From: an uncultured Actinomycetes bacterium | GTDB taxonomy: Bacteria > Actinomycetota > UBA4738 > JBBDTT01 | Length of the DNA: 64,000 nucleotides | Direction: 5' to 3' | Assembly: GCA_963742735.1 (NCBI GenBank) | Contig: CAVUMN010000004.1 | Location: forward strand, 1,440,001-1,504,000 | Shown here: positions 9,429 to 23,446 of the stretch, in pieces | Layout of the letters: each line of letters opens with the position of its first letter | Position numbering within the stretch: position 1 is the stretch's first letter | Program-made: the position numbers and the translations under genes | Notes under the pieces: model-generated | What the model saw: the letters and a program-made list of their open reading frames with translations, nothing else | The model's database searches: none | What the model was told of the DNA's origin: nothing

Positions 9429-10766
9429 GTGCAGCGCGACCTGTCCCGGATCTTCAAGGCGTACGACGTCCGCGGGGTCGTCCCCGACGAGCTCGACGAG
9501 GACGCGGCGCGCCGCATCGGCGCCGCCACCGTCGAGTTCCTGGGCGCCGACCGGCTGCTGATCGGCCGCGACTGCCGTCCCTCCTCGCCCGGCCTGGCCG
9601 GCGCGTTCATCGACGGAGCGACGGGCCGCGGGGCCGACGTCGTGGACATCGGCCTCGCCTCCACCGACCTCATCTATTTCGCCTCCGGGGCCCTCGGGCT
9701 GCCCGGAGCCATGTTCACGGCCAGCCACAACCCACCCCAGTACAACGGCATCAAGCTGTGCCGTGAGCGGGCGGGCCCGATCGGCGAGGAGTCCGGCCTG
9801 CCGGAGATCCAGGCGCTGGCCGAGGCCGGCCTGCAGCCCGGCCCGAACCGTGGCTCCGTGCGCGTCGAGGTGGTGCTTGACCGCTACGTCGAGCACCTGC
9901 TCGGCATGATCGACGTCTCGGCCCTGCGTCCGCTCTCGGTGGTGGCCGACGCCGCGAACGGGATGGGCGCGCTGACGATCCCGGCGGTGTTCGAGCGGCT
10001 GCCGTTCAAGCTCATCCCGCTCTACATGGAGCTCGACGGGACCTTCCCCAATCACCCGGCCGACCCGATCGTCCCCGAGAACCAGGCGGACCTGCGCCGG
10101 GCGGTGCTCGAGCACGGCGCGGACGCAGGCCTGGCGTTCGACGGCGACGCCGATCGCGTGTTCTTCGTGGACGAGCGCTCCGAGGGCGTGAGCGGGTCGC
10201 TGATCACGGCCCTGGTCGCCGAGGTGATGCTCGAGCGCGAGCCGGAAGCCAGCGTCATCCACAACCTGATCTGCTCCCGGGTCGTCCCGGAGGTGATCCG
10301 CGAGCACGGGGGAACGCCGATCCGCTCGCGCGTCGGGCACTCGTTCATCAAGCAGCTCATGGCCGAGACGGGCGCGATCTTCGGCGGAGAGCACTCGGGT
10401 CACTTCTACTTCCGCGACCTCTACCGGGCCGACTCGGGCCTCGCGGCCGCGCTGGTGGTGCTCGAGCGGCTGTCGAAGGCCGACGTCCCCCTCTCCGAGC
10501 TGCTGCAGCCGTATCGGCGCTACGAGGCGAGCGGGGAGATCAACACCGCCGTCGACGACCCGGCGGCGGTCATCGAACGGGTGGCCGCGACGTTCGCCGA
10601 CGGCGAGCAGGACCGCCTGGACGGACTGACCGTCGAGTACGAGGACTGGTGGTTCAACGTCCGCGCCTCGAACACCGAACCCCTGCTTCGGCTCAACGCC
10701 GAGGCGAGCACGCCCGAGCTGCTCGAGCGCACGTCGGCCGAGGTGCTCGAGGTGATCCGCGCGTGA
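9429..10766 (+). CDS. manB: Phosphomannomutase/phosphoglucomutase
   Basis: IFKAYDVRG, TASHNP, FDGDADR, GGEHSGH motifs. Confidence 0.93.
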   Translation: MQRDLSRIFKAYDVRGVVPDELDEDAARRIGAATVEFLGADRLLIGRDCRPSSPGLAGAFIDGATGRGADVVDIGLASTDLIYFASGALGLPGAMFTASHNPPQYNGIKLCRERAGPIGEESGLPEIQALAEAGLQPGPNRGSVRVEVVLDRYVEHLLGMIDVSALRPLSVVADAANGMGALTIPAVFERLPFKLIPLYMELDGTFPNHPADPIVPENQADLRRAVLEHGADAGLAFDGDADRVFFVDERSEGVSGSLITALVAEVMLEREPEASVIHNLICSRVVPEVIREHGGTPIRSRVGHSFIKQLMAETGAIFGGEHSGHFYFRDLYRADSGLAAALVVLERLSKADVPLSELLQPYRRYEASGEINTAVDDPAAVIERVAATFADGEQDRLDGLTVEYEDWWFNVRASNTEPLLRLNAEASTPELLERTSAEVLEVIRA

Positions 10767-10796
10767 GAAGGTATGCGGGACCCGAAAGGAGACTCC

Positions 10797-10979
10797 GTGG
10801 CCGCTGAGACCGTCGACAAGGAGCTGCTGGCGATCCTGGCCTGCCCGAACTGCCGCGGCGACGTCGAGTACCACAAGGATCAGAACGTCATCGAGTGCGT
10901 CGGCACCTGCCGCTACCGCTATCCGGTCCGCGACGGCATCCCCGTGATGCTCATCGACGAGGCCGAGAAGCCCCAGTAG
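10797..10979 (+). CDS. Trm112 family protein
   Basis: LLAILACPNC...YPVRDGIPVMLIDEA; GTG start after AAAGGAG. Confidence 0.88.
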   Translation: MAAETVDKELLAILACPNCRGDVEYHKDQNVIECVGTCRYRYPVRDGIPVMLIDEAEKPQ

Positions 10980-11027
10980 CCTGCGCCTTCGTATGTCCCC
11001 GGCACGGCTCGCGGAGGGATCGGTCGC

Positions 11028-12042
11028 ATGAGCATGCTCGCCGCGATCGGTTCGGTGGGCGAGCATCTGGTGGTCGGCTACCGACGGGGCCTGGGCGCGG
11101 CCGACCTTCCCGCCGCCGACGGCGTCCACTCGATCGCCATCTGCGGGATGGGTGGGAGCGGCGTCCCCGGCGACGCGGTCCAGTCGATGCTCGGTCACCG
11201 CCTCGGCGTGCCGATCGTCGTCTCGAAGGGCTATCGGCTCCCCGAGTTCTGCCACACCGACACGATGGTGTTCGCCGTCTCCTACTCCGGGAACACCGAG
11301 GAGGTCCTGGGGATGTACCGGGAGGCCGGCGTCCGCGGGTGTCGCGTCGTGGCGATCACCTCCGGCGGCGAGCTCGCCGCGACCGCCCGGGAGGAAGGGG
11401 TGGCCGTGGTGCAGGTCCCCGAAGACCTCCCCGCGCCACGGGCGGCGATCGGCTACCTGACCGGCGCCCTGCTCGGCGTCCTGGAGGCGACCGGGCTCGG
11501 CCCCGCCGTCGGCGCCGACGTGGACCACGCGGTCCGCGTGGTCGGGGCCGCGGCGAAGCGCGAGGGCCCGGAGGCGGACCGGCCGCCGCGCGCGGGAGCT
11601 CGCGCGGCGGATCGGCGCGCGCATCCCGATCATCTGGGGCTCCGAGGGGGTGGCCCAGGCCGCGGCCCTTCGCTGGAAGACCGAGTTCAACGAGAACGCG
11701 AAGCGGCCGGCGTTCCACGCCTCGTTCCCCGAGCTCGACCACAACGAGATCGAGGGCTGGAGCCGCTCGGCCGGCAAGGGCTTCTTCCTGATCGTGCTTC
11801 GGAGCCCGGACGAGCACGGCTCGGTCGCCCCACGGGTCGAGGCGACCCTGAGCGCGATCGCGGACGCGGGGCTCGACAGCGAGCAGGTGCACGCGGAGGG
11901 CACCCAGCCCCTGGCCAACCTGTTGTCGCTGGTGCAGGTGGGCGGCTTCGTGTCGTGCTACGCGGGCCTGGAGGCGGGGGTGGACCCCACCCCGATCGAG
12001 CGGATCGAGGCGATGAAAGCCCGGTTGAAGGAGCTCGGGTGA
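11028..12042 (+). CDS. Bifunctional phosphoglucose/phosphomannose isomerase (apparent frameshift ~11570-11620)
   Basis: SIS motifs GMGGSG, SYSGNTEE, ITSGG in one frame; RWKTEFNENAK, PELDHNEIEGW in the next; start uncertain. Confidence 0.8.
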
Positions 12043-12875
12043 GCGAACGGCGGTTCCCGGGGCCGGGGGACGACCACGCCGAGCGGGGGGCGGCGCTCGT
12101 CCGGGAGCGGACCGAGGTGGCCCCACGGATCGGGATCATCCTCGGCTCGGGCCTGGGGGACGCGGTCGGCGAGGACCTGGAGGTGGCGGCCGAGCTCGCG
12201 TTCGACGAGCTCCCCGGGTTTCCTGCGGCGGCGGTTCCCGGCCACGCCGGGCGGCTCGCGCTGGGGCAGATCTACGGCGCCCCGGCGGCGGTCATGTTCG
12301 GACGGGTCCACCTGTACGAGGGGCATCCCATGGCCGTGGTCACCCTGCCGGTCCGGCTGCTCGGCGCGCTGGGGGTGGACACCCTCATCCTGACCAACGC
12401 GTCGGGCGGGACGGATCCCGACATGGAGCTCGGGCTGCTGGTGCTGATCCGGGACCACATCAACTTCATGGGGGTCAACCCCCTGATGGGGTGGCGGTAC
12501 CCGGACGGTGCGCCGGCGTTCGTGGACGTGTCCTCGGTCTGGGACCCCGGCCTGCGCGAGATCGTCGCCGACGTCGCGGCGGCCGAGGGGGTCCATGTGC
12601 GCGAGGGTGTGTATGCGGCGGTCAGCGGGCCGTCCTACGAGACGGCGGCGGAGACGTCCATGCTCGCCGCCTGGGGGGCCGACACCATCGGGATGTCGAC
12701 CGTCCCCGAGGCGGTGGCCTCGGCCGCCCTGGGCATCCGCTGTGTGGGGATCTCGTGCGTGACCGACGTCGCCGGGACCGAGCTGACCCACGAGGACGTC
12801 GTTGCGGTAGCCTCCGGCGCCGCCCCGAACGTGCGACGACTACTCTCCGGGGCGATCCCGAAGTTCGACTCGTGA
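12039..12875 (+). CDS. punA: Purine-nucleoside phosphorylase
   Basis: GIILGSGLG, VPGHAG, GRVHLYEG, GPSYET, GMSTVPE; GTGA overlap. Confidence 0.9.
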   Translation: MSERRFPGPGDDHAERGAALVRERTEVAPRIGIILGSGLGDAVGEDLEVAAELAFDELPGFPAAAVPGHAGRLALGQIYGAPAAVMFGRVHLYEGHPMAVVTLPVRLLGALGVDTLILTNASGGTDPDMELGLLVLIRDHINFMGVNPLMGWRYPDGAPAFVDVSSVWDPGLREIVADVAAAEGVHVREGVYAAVSGPSYETAAETSMLAAWGADTIGMSTVPEAVASAALGIRCVGISCVTDVAGTELTHEDVVAVASGAAPNVRRLLSGAIPKFDS

Positions 12876-14457
<1,582 letters not shown>

Positions 14458-14461
<4 letters not shown>

Positions 14462-14955
14462 TCCACGAGATCCCGCTCCCCGAGGGGATCCCGGGGGCGC
14501 TGTTCGCCTCCCGGATGCCGGGGTTCCTCCACTGGCCGCTCGACGCGGCGTTCGCCCAGATCGCCGAGCGGGACATCGGCCGGGTGATCTGCCTGGAGCC
14601 CGGGGAGACGATGCACGATCGCTCGCCGTCGTACTGGGGCGCGCTCCAGCGAGAGGAGACGCCGGCGCCGGTGACCTGGCTGCCGGTTCCCGACTACGGC
14701 GTGCCCGAGGACCTCGAGGCCTACCTGGCCGTGGTCCGGGAGATCGCCGCGGCGCTGCGAACGGGGGAGCGCATCCTGGTGCACTGCGCCGGCGGGTGCG
14801 GGCGGGCCGGTACGTTCTCGGGGATGGTGCTGGTGGCCCTGGGGATGGACCCCGAGGCGGCCGAGGCGACGTACTGGGCCGCCCGCGGCTGCGGTCCCGA
14901 GAGCCCCGCCCAGCGCGAGCTCCTCCGCGGCTCGGCCTCCCTGCTCCGAAGCTGA
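14458..14955 (+). CDS. Protein-tyrosine/dual-specificity phosphatase
   Basis: HCAGGCGRAG (HCX5R) and PVPDYGVP; N-terminus extends to a CTG overlapping the previous stop. Confidence 0.85.
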
Positions 14956-14985
14956 CCTGTCAGCACCACGGGCTAGGGTTCGGGC

Positions 14986-15666
14986 GTGCGCCGGGGGGTG
15001 CTGGCCGATCTCCCCTATCCCGCCGGGTGCGTCTCGTGTGGCGCGCCCGGATGGCCGTGGTGCGCCCCGTGCGAGACGAGGGTGGAGGTCCTGGAGCCGC
15101 CGTGGTGCCTGCGGTGCGGCCGGCCACTGACGGTCGCCGCGAGCTCCTGCCGCGACTGCCCGCCGGGCGAGGTGGCCTCCCTGCGGGCGCCGTTCCGGTT
15201 CGAGGGGCCGGTCCGCGACGCGCTGCTGCAACTCAAGTTCGCGGGGGTCCGCGCCCTGGCCGGGCCGCTGGGACGGGCCATGTTCGCGGCCGCCGGGCCC
15301 GGCGACCTCCAGGTGACCTGGGTGCCGCTGTCCGCGCGCCGGCGGGCGACGCGCGGCTACGACCAGGCCGAGGCGCTGGCCCGCGCCGTGGCCGCGGCGT
15401 CCGGCCGGCGGCCGGTGCGCACGCTGGCCCGCGCCGTCGACGGGGGGCCACAGGCGCGGCGGGCGCGGGAGGAGCGGCTCGACGCGCTGCGGGGCGCGTT
15501 CCGCCCGGTGGGCTCGGTGCCGGGGGAGCTCATCCTGGTCGACGACGTCGTCACCACGGGCTCGACCGCGGCCGAGTGCGCCCGGGTCCTGCGCCGCGCG
15601 GGGGCGCGGCGCGTCCACGTGCTGGCGGCGGCCCGCACGCTCTCCGGGCCCCTTCCCGGCCGGTGA
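14986..15666 (+). CDS. comF: ComF family phosphoribosyltransferase-like protein
   Basis: N-terminal CxxC pairs, RGYDQA, LVDDVVTTGST. Confidence 0.9.
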   Translation: MRRGVLADLPYPAGCVSCGAPGWPWCAPCETRVEVLEPPWCLRCGRPLTVAASSCRDCPPGEVASLRAPFRFEGPVRDALLQLKFAGVRALAGPLGRAMFAAAGPGDLQVTWVPLSARRRATRGYDQAEALARAVAAASGRRPVRTLARAVDGGPQARRAREERLDALRGAFRPVGSVPGELILVDDVVTTGSTAAECARVLRRAGARRVHVLAAARTLSGPLPGR

Positions 15667-15680
15667 TAGACTCGGGTCTT

Positions 15681-15897
15681 GGTGCCGTCTGGGTCTGTGG
15701 TTGCTCGGGGATGAGGGCCATGTTCGCGTCCCCGATAGTCGATGCCAGTCGCAGGCGAAACGACCCACGTAAGGTGACCCTTGGTCGCCGAGCATGGTGC
15801 GACTTAGATGTAAGTCCTGCGCCGGGAGGCGCCGCGAACGCGACGCATTCCCTGCAGGCGGGTGTGGGGTCAAAGACCAGGTCAGCCGGACGACACC
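15681..15897 (+). ncRNA. raiA-motif RNA
   Basis: Hallmark blocks TGTGGTTG, AGTCGATGCCAGTCGCAGGCGAAACGACCCACGTAAG, GAGCATGGTGCGACTTAGATGTAAGTCCTGC, GCAGGCGGGTGTGGGGTCAAAGACCAGGTCA; closing stem GGTGCCGTCTGG/CCGGACGACACC; comF-hpf location; -10 TAGACT at 15667. Confidence 0.92.
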
Positions 15898-15903
15898 ACC
15901 GTG

Positions 15904-15931
15904 AGGGGCCGGGAGCGATCCCGGCCCCTTT
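15904..15931 (+). terminator. Intrinsic terminator after raiA RNA
   Basis: AGGGGCCGGGA-GCGA-TCCCGGCCCCT then TT. Confidence 0.7.
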
Positions 15932-15958
15932 CGCGTCCATCGGCCGAGAGGAGCACGC

Positions 15959-16333
15959 ATGGACCTCGTCCTGAAGAGCAGGGATGGCAGGATCCCCGAC
16001 GCCGTGAAGCGGCTCGCCGAGCACAAGCTCGCCAAGTTCGAGCGGATCGATCCCCGGGTCGTTCGGGTGGAGGTGGAGCTCCACGAGGAGCGGAACCCAC
16101 GCGTGGCGGGCCATCAGAAGGTCAAGGTGGTGGCCAGGACGCCGCGTCGCTCGTTTCGTGCGTCCGGGGCCGGTCAGGATGCTTCTGCGGCATTCGATCA
16201 AGTCGTGGACCGTATCGACCGACAATTAACCAGATACCGGACGAGATTTCGGGCTCGGCTGCTTGCCGGGGGCAATCGGCTAAGGTTGGGTCGCCGGCGT
16301 CCCGAGCCCGAAGGATGGGAGCCGACGGAGTGA
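15959..16333 (+). CDS. hpf: Ribosome hibernation factor HPF/RaiA (short form)
   Basis: AEHKLAKFER, VEVELHEERNPR, AAFDQVVDRIDRQLTRYR; SD AGGAG. Confidence 0.85.
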   Translation: MDLVLKSRDGRIPDAVKRLAEHKLAKFERIDPRVVRVEVELHEERNPRVAGHQKVKVVARTPRRSFRASGAGQDASAAFDQVVDRIDRQLTRYRTRFRARLLAGGNRLRLGRRRPEPEGWEPTE

Positions 16334-16362
16334 CGGGCACACCAGGACTGAGGGTCGTCGAG

Positions 16363-17049
16363 ATGGCCGAAGCCAAAGGCACGAAGCCGGACTCGCTCAG
16401 GGTCCTGATCGCGGACGACCACGCCCTCTTCCGGCGTGGCCTGCAGATGGTCCTGGAGGACGAGGACGACCTCGACGTCATCGGCGAGGCCGGCGACGGG
16501 GTCGAGGCCGTGCAGATGGCCCTGGAGCTCATGCCCGACGTGGTGCTCATGGACGTCCGCATGCCCAAGCACTCCGGGATCGAGGCCACCGAGCAGATCA
16601 AGGACTCGCTGCCCCACGTCAAGATCCTCATGCTCACGATCTCCGACGAGGAGGCCGACCTCTACGACGCGATCAAGGCGGGGGCCTCAGGCTACCTGCT
16701 GAAGGAGATCTCGATCGAGGAGGTCGCCGAGGCCATCCGCTCCGTGTGGGCCGGCCAGTCGCGGCTGTCCCCGTCCATGGCGTCGAAGCTCCTGCAGGAG
16801 TTCCAGGCGATGAGCAAGCGCGCCGAGGAGCCCGAGGAGCCCCGCGTCCCTCGACTGACCGAGCGGGAGATGGAGGTCCTCCGCCTGGTGGCGCAGGGTC
16901 TCAACAACCGGGACATCTCCAAGGAGCTGTTCATCTCCGAGAACACGGTGAAGAACCACATCCGGAACATCCTGGAGAAGCTCCACCTGCACTCGCGCAT
17001 GGAGGCGGTCGTCTACGCCGTTCGCGAGAAGCTGCTCGAGATCAAGTAG
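16363..17049 (+). CDS. NarL/LuxR family response regulator
   Basis: VLIADDH, LMDVRMP, GYLLK; HTH LTEREMEVL...ISENTVKNHIRNILEKL; alternative GTG start at 16330. Confidence 0.92.
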   Translation: MAEAKGTKPDSLRVLIADDHALFRRGLQMVLEDEDDLDVIGEAGDGVEAVQMALELMPDVVLMDVRMPKHSGIEATEQIKDSLPHVKILMLTISDEEADLYDAIKAGASGYLLKEISIEEVAEAIRSVWAGQSRLSPSMASKLLQEFQAMSKRAEEPEEPRVPRLTEREMEVLRLVAQGLNNRDISKELFISENTVKNHIRNILEKLHLHSRMEAVVYAVREKLLEIK

Positions 17050-17070
17050 CAACCCTCTAGGCTTCCCGGC

Positions 17071-18295
17071 GTGGACCGGGAGTCGGCCGTACGGCGCAAC
17101 ACCCACCGGCTCATGGTCGCCGAGCCGATGAACCGCGCCATCCTCACCCTGGCGTTCACCGTCGGGGTCGTCGCGGTCGTCGACTTCTCGGGGCGCGACT
17201 TCTTCGCCGGCCTGTACGTCGCCCTGAACGGCGCGCTGGTCGCGCTCGGGGCGTTCCTGACCGGCCGCGCCATGGACCGATGGGGCCGCCGTCCCGGCCT
17301 GGCCGCCGGCTACGTCGTCATGATCGTCGCCTCCGGCTCGTCGCGATGGCCGCGTTCGCCGGCCGGTCGACGCCTCCTGCTCATGGCGGCCGTCGGGGCT
17401 GATCGGGTTCGCCTCCGGCGCGGCCAACCTGGGGCGCGCGGCGGTGGCCGACATGTATCCGCCGGAGCGCCGGGCGCGGGCCGTGGGAATCGTCTTGGCC
17501 GTCGGAACGGTGGGGGCCGTCGGCGGCCCGTTGCTGGCCGGGCTCCTGGCCCGGATCGACCCCTCGGATGAGTCGCCGCTGCCCTGGGTGGCCACCGCCG
17601 TCCTGGCCGGGATCGCCCTGGCCGCCGTCGGCCTGCTGCGGCCGGACCCGCGCGAGCTCGCGGCGGCGCCGCCGCCGGGGCAGGCCCAGACGGGCCGCCG
17701 GGCCGTCGGCGTTCTTCTGCCCAGCCGCGCGTTCCGGGCGGCGGTGGCCGCGATCGGCGTGGCCCAGGCGGCGATGGTCGCGGTCATGGGCGCGACCCCC
17801 GTGGAGATCACGCACCACCACGGCAGCGCGCTCGTCGTGGGGACCACGGTCAGCCTGCACGTGGCAGGGATGTTCGCCTTCTCGCCGCTGATCGGCGCCG
17901 CACTCGATCGATGGGGGCGCCGTCTCGGGCTGCTGGCCGGGTCGCTGGTCGCGGCCGGCGGGGCGATCGTGACCGCGGTGGCCTCCGGCTCGACCCCGGT
18001 GCTCGCGACCGGGCTGTTCTTCGTGGGACTCGGCTGGTCGTCGGTCTACCTCGCCTCCACCGCGGTGATCAGCGACGTCACCACCGCCGCCGAGCGCGCG
18101 GGAGCGCTCGGCTTCGTGGATCTGGTGGCCGCGCTCTCGGCGGCGGCCGGCGCCCTGGTGGGCGGCGTGCTGCTCGAGTCGGTGGGGTTCGGCTGGGTCG
18201 GCGCGGGGTTCGCGCCGCTGCTGGTGGCCGTCCTGGTGCTCGTCGTTCCGCTGCGGGAGTCCGAGCCGGGCCGATGGGCCCCAGCCCCCGCCTAG
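17071..18295 (+). CDS. MFS transporter (apparent frameshift ~17340-17400)
   Basis: Motif A twice (GRAMDRWGRR; GAALDRWGRR) across two joined frames. Confidence 0.75.
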
Positions 18296-18331
18296 CGGCC
18301 GGGCCCTTCGGCACTCCCGGATTCCCGACGC

Positions 18332-19369
18332 CTACCGGCCGGGCTCGACCACCAGCCGGACGATCGACTCGTCCTTGCGCGTCAGGCGGTCGACGCCCTC
18401 GTTGACCCGGTCGAGCGGCAGGCGATCGGTGATGCTGCCGGACAGATCGAGCCGGCCCGACGCCACGAGCTGCAGGATCTCCTCCAGGTGGTGCTTGCGG
18501 TACCCCAGGTGTCCCAGGATCGACACGCCCCGGAAGGACAGGCCGAGCAGCGGTCCGGCGTCGAGCGACTGCAGCGACTGGCCGCACACCACAACGCGCC
18601 CGCCCCGCTCCAGCGACGCCAGTCCCTGCTGCGTGGCGGCGGGGTTGCCCACCATGTCGGCGGCCAGGTTCAGGCTCCGCCCACCCGTCGCGGCCTTGAT
18701 CGCGCCTCGCACGTCCTCACCGGGGTCCAGCGCGACGTCCGCGCCGAGGGCCAGGGCTCGCTCGCGCGCCGCCGGAAGGGGATCGATCGCGGCGATGAAG
18801 GCCGCCCCGGCCATCCGCGCGATCTGGATCCCGTGCGTCCCCAGCCCGCCGATCCCCCAGATCCCGACGCGTTCGCCGGGCCGGAGGTTCGCCCGGTCGA
18901 GGAGCGCCGCGTACGGAGTGCCGACCGAGTCGCTGGCGATCGCCGCGTGCTCGAAGGAGACGGCGTCGGGCACCCGGGCCAGCGTGTACCAGCGGGTGGC
19001 CATCAGCGGCGCGAACGCGCCGTCGTAGTAGACGCCCATGACCTCGGGCCGCAGGCATTCGTCGAGGGCGCCGGAGATGCACCGCTCGCACCGTTCGCAC
19101 GATCTCCCGGCGTTGATCGCGACTCGGTCGCCCTCGACCCAGCCCTGGACGGCCTCACCGACGGCCACGATCGTGCCGGCCGCCTCGTGGCCCATGGTCA
19201 CCGGCGGCGGGACCGGCATGGGCATCTCGCCGTGGATGAAGTGCAGATCCGAGGCGCAGATCCCGCACGCGGCGATCTCGACGACCACGTCCAGCGGTCC
19301 CGGCGTTGGGTCGGGGACCTCGTCGACCGACAGCGGCTGGTTCGGGGCGTGGAACCGGGCGGCACGCAT
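18332..19369 (-). CDS. Zinc-binding alcohol dehydrogenase (MDR family)
   Basis: [18 protein letters not shown]...C, GIGGLG. Confidence 0.92.
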   Translation of the reverse strand: MRAARFHAPNQPLSVDEVPDPTPGPLDVVVEIAACGICASDLHFIHGEMPMPVPPPVTMGHEAAGTIVAVGEAVQGWVEGDRVAINAGRSCERCERCISGALDECLRPEVMGVYYDGAFAPLMATRWYTLARVPDAVSFEHAAIASDSVGTPYAALLDRANLRPGERVGIWGIGGLGTHGIQIARMAGAAFIAAIDPLPAARERALALGADVALDPGEDVRGAIKAATGGRSLNLAADMVGNPAATQQGLASLERGGRVVVCGQSLQSLDAGPLLGLSFRGVSILGHLGYRKHHLEEILQLVASGRLDLSGSITDRLPLDRVNEGVDRLTRKDESIVRLVVEPGR

Positions 19370-19443
19370 CCGCGCAGTCTAGCGATGGGCCCTTCGAACG
19401 CGAGGTCCTCGCCTACAATCGAGTGGTCCCCCGAAAGGCGAAC

Positions 19444-22141
<2,698 letters not shown>

Positions 22142-22172
22142 CTCGGACGCCTCCGCTCCCTCGTGAGGCGCC

Positions 22173-23287
22173 ATGAGTGAGTACACGGAGCGGCTCGAGG
22201 ATCTGGCGCGCAGGTTGGACTCCGCGAAGGAGTACCTTTGACCTGCCGGCGAAGCAGCGCGCCCTCGCCGAGCTCCAGTCGGAGCTGAACGCTCCGGATC
22301 TCTGGAACGACCAGGAGAACGCGCAGCGCATCACGCAGCGCGCGTCCCGGCTCCGCGGTGAGATCGACCGCGACGTCGAGCTCGTCAAGGAGCTCGACGA
22401 TCTGCGGGCGATCGACGAGCTGGTCTCCGAGGCTCCCGACCCCGAGCTGCTGAAGGAGCTCACCGACGGCCTCCGGACCCTGTCCTCGAAGATCGACCGG
22501 CTCGAGCTCGCGTCGCTGCTGTCGGGGGAGTACGACGCGAACGACGCGATCGCCAGCATCCACGCCGGCGCGGGCGGTACCGAGAGCCAGGACTGGGCGG
22601 AGATGCTCCTGCGCATGTACCTGCGATGGGCCGAGCGCGAGGGCCTGGAGGCCGAGCTCGACGAGGTCCAGCCCGGGGAGGAGGCCGGCATCAAGAGCGC
22701 GACGTTCATGGTTCGGGGGACGAACGCGTACGGGCTGCTCCAGGCCGAGCGCGGCGTCCATCGGCTCGTGCGGATCTCGCCCTACGACGCGAGCAAGCGG
22801 CGGCACACCTCCTTCGCGTCGCTCGACGTGGTCCCGCTGCTCGGAGGACGACGCGGAGATCGATATCGACCCCAAGGACCTCCGCGTGGACACGTACCGC
22901 TCGAGCGGCGCCGGCGGCCAGCACGTGAACGTCACCGACTCGGCCGTGCGCATCACCCACATCCCCACGGGGATCACCGCGGCCTGCCAGAACGAGCGCA
23001 GCCAGATGCAGAACCGCGCGGTGGCCATGCGCATCCTCAAGGCCCGGCTGATGGACCTCGCCCGCGAACAGCGCCAGGACAGGATCGAGAACCTCCGCGG
23101 CGAGCGCCGCGACATCCAGTTCGGCTCCCAGATCCGCTCCTACGTCCTGCACCCCTACCGGATGGTCAAGGACCACCGGACCGGCGTGGAGATCGGCGAC
23201 GTCGACCGCGTGCTCGACGGCGACCTCGGCGAGCTCATCGACGCCGCGCTGCGGCAGCGCGCCGGCGCCGAGGCGGCCTCCTCCTAG
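22173..23287 (+). CDS. prfB: Peptide chain release factor 2 with programmed +1 frameshift
   Basis: ATG at 22173, AGGAG-TAC-CTT-TGA-C shift site at 22236-22242; [16 protein letters not shown] motif; second extra base ~22843 is likely an error. Confidence 0.93.
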
Positions 23288-23314
23288 CAGCCCGGTCACC
23301 GCACACACATTGAG

Positions 23315-23330
23315 CGTGACCGAGGTCACA
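23315..23330 (+). promoter_or_regulatory. CRP/GlxR-type box upstream of FecR gene 1
   Basis: CGTGA-CCGAGG-TCACA. Confidence 0.75.
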
Positions 23331-23341
23331 GCTTGAAAAGG

Positions 23342-23371
23342 TTGTCCATTTCGCGTGTTGTCTAGGAGAAT
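23342..23371 (+). promoter_or_regulatory. Promoter shared by the FecR paralogs (copy 1)
   Basis: TTGTCC-N18-GAGAAT. Confidence 0.6.
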
Positions 23372-23446
23372 GACCGTGGATCGGGCGCCCCCCTCACTTC
23401 GCTGAGAGTGCTCGGGACCGTGTGGGCGACTGGAGGCGGGTGACGG

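Noticed and set aside
1967-11918. Long antisense/alternate-frame ORFs (e.g. 1967-4384, 5203-8121, 9117-11918 and many later ones)
   Set aside because: Shadow ORFs of high-GC genes; Arg/Pro/Gly-rich with no recognisable motifs
11028-12875. 615-aa SIS-PNP fusion ORF
   Set aside because: Artefact of a frameshift in PGI/PMI; its true C-terminus is in another frame (to 12042) and PNP has its own overlapping GTG
17071-18295. Split MFS as two genes or a pseudogene
   Set aside because: The halves join into one transporter and lie in the same error-rich zone
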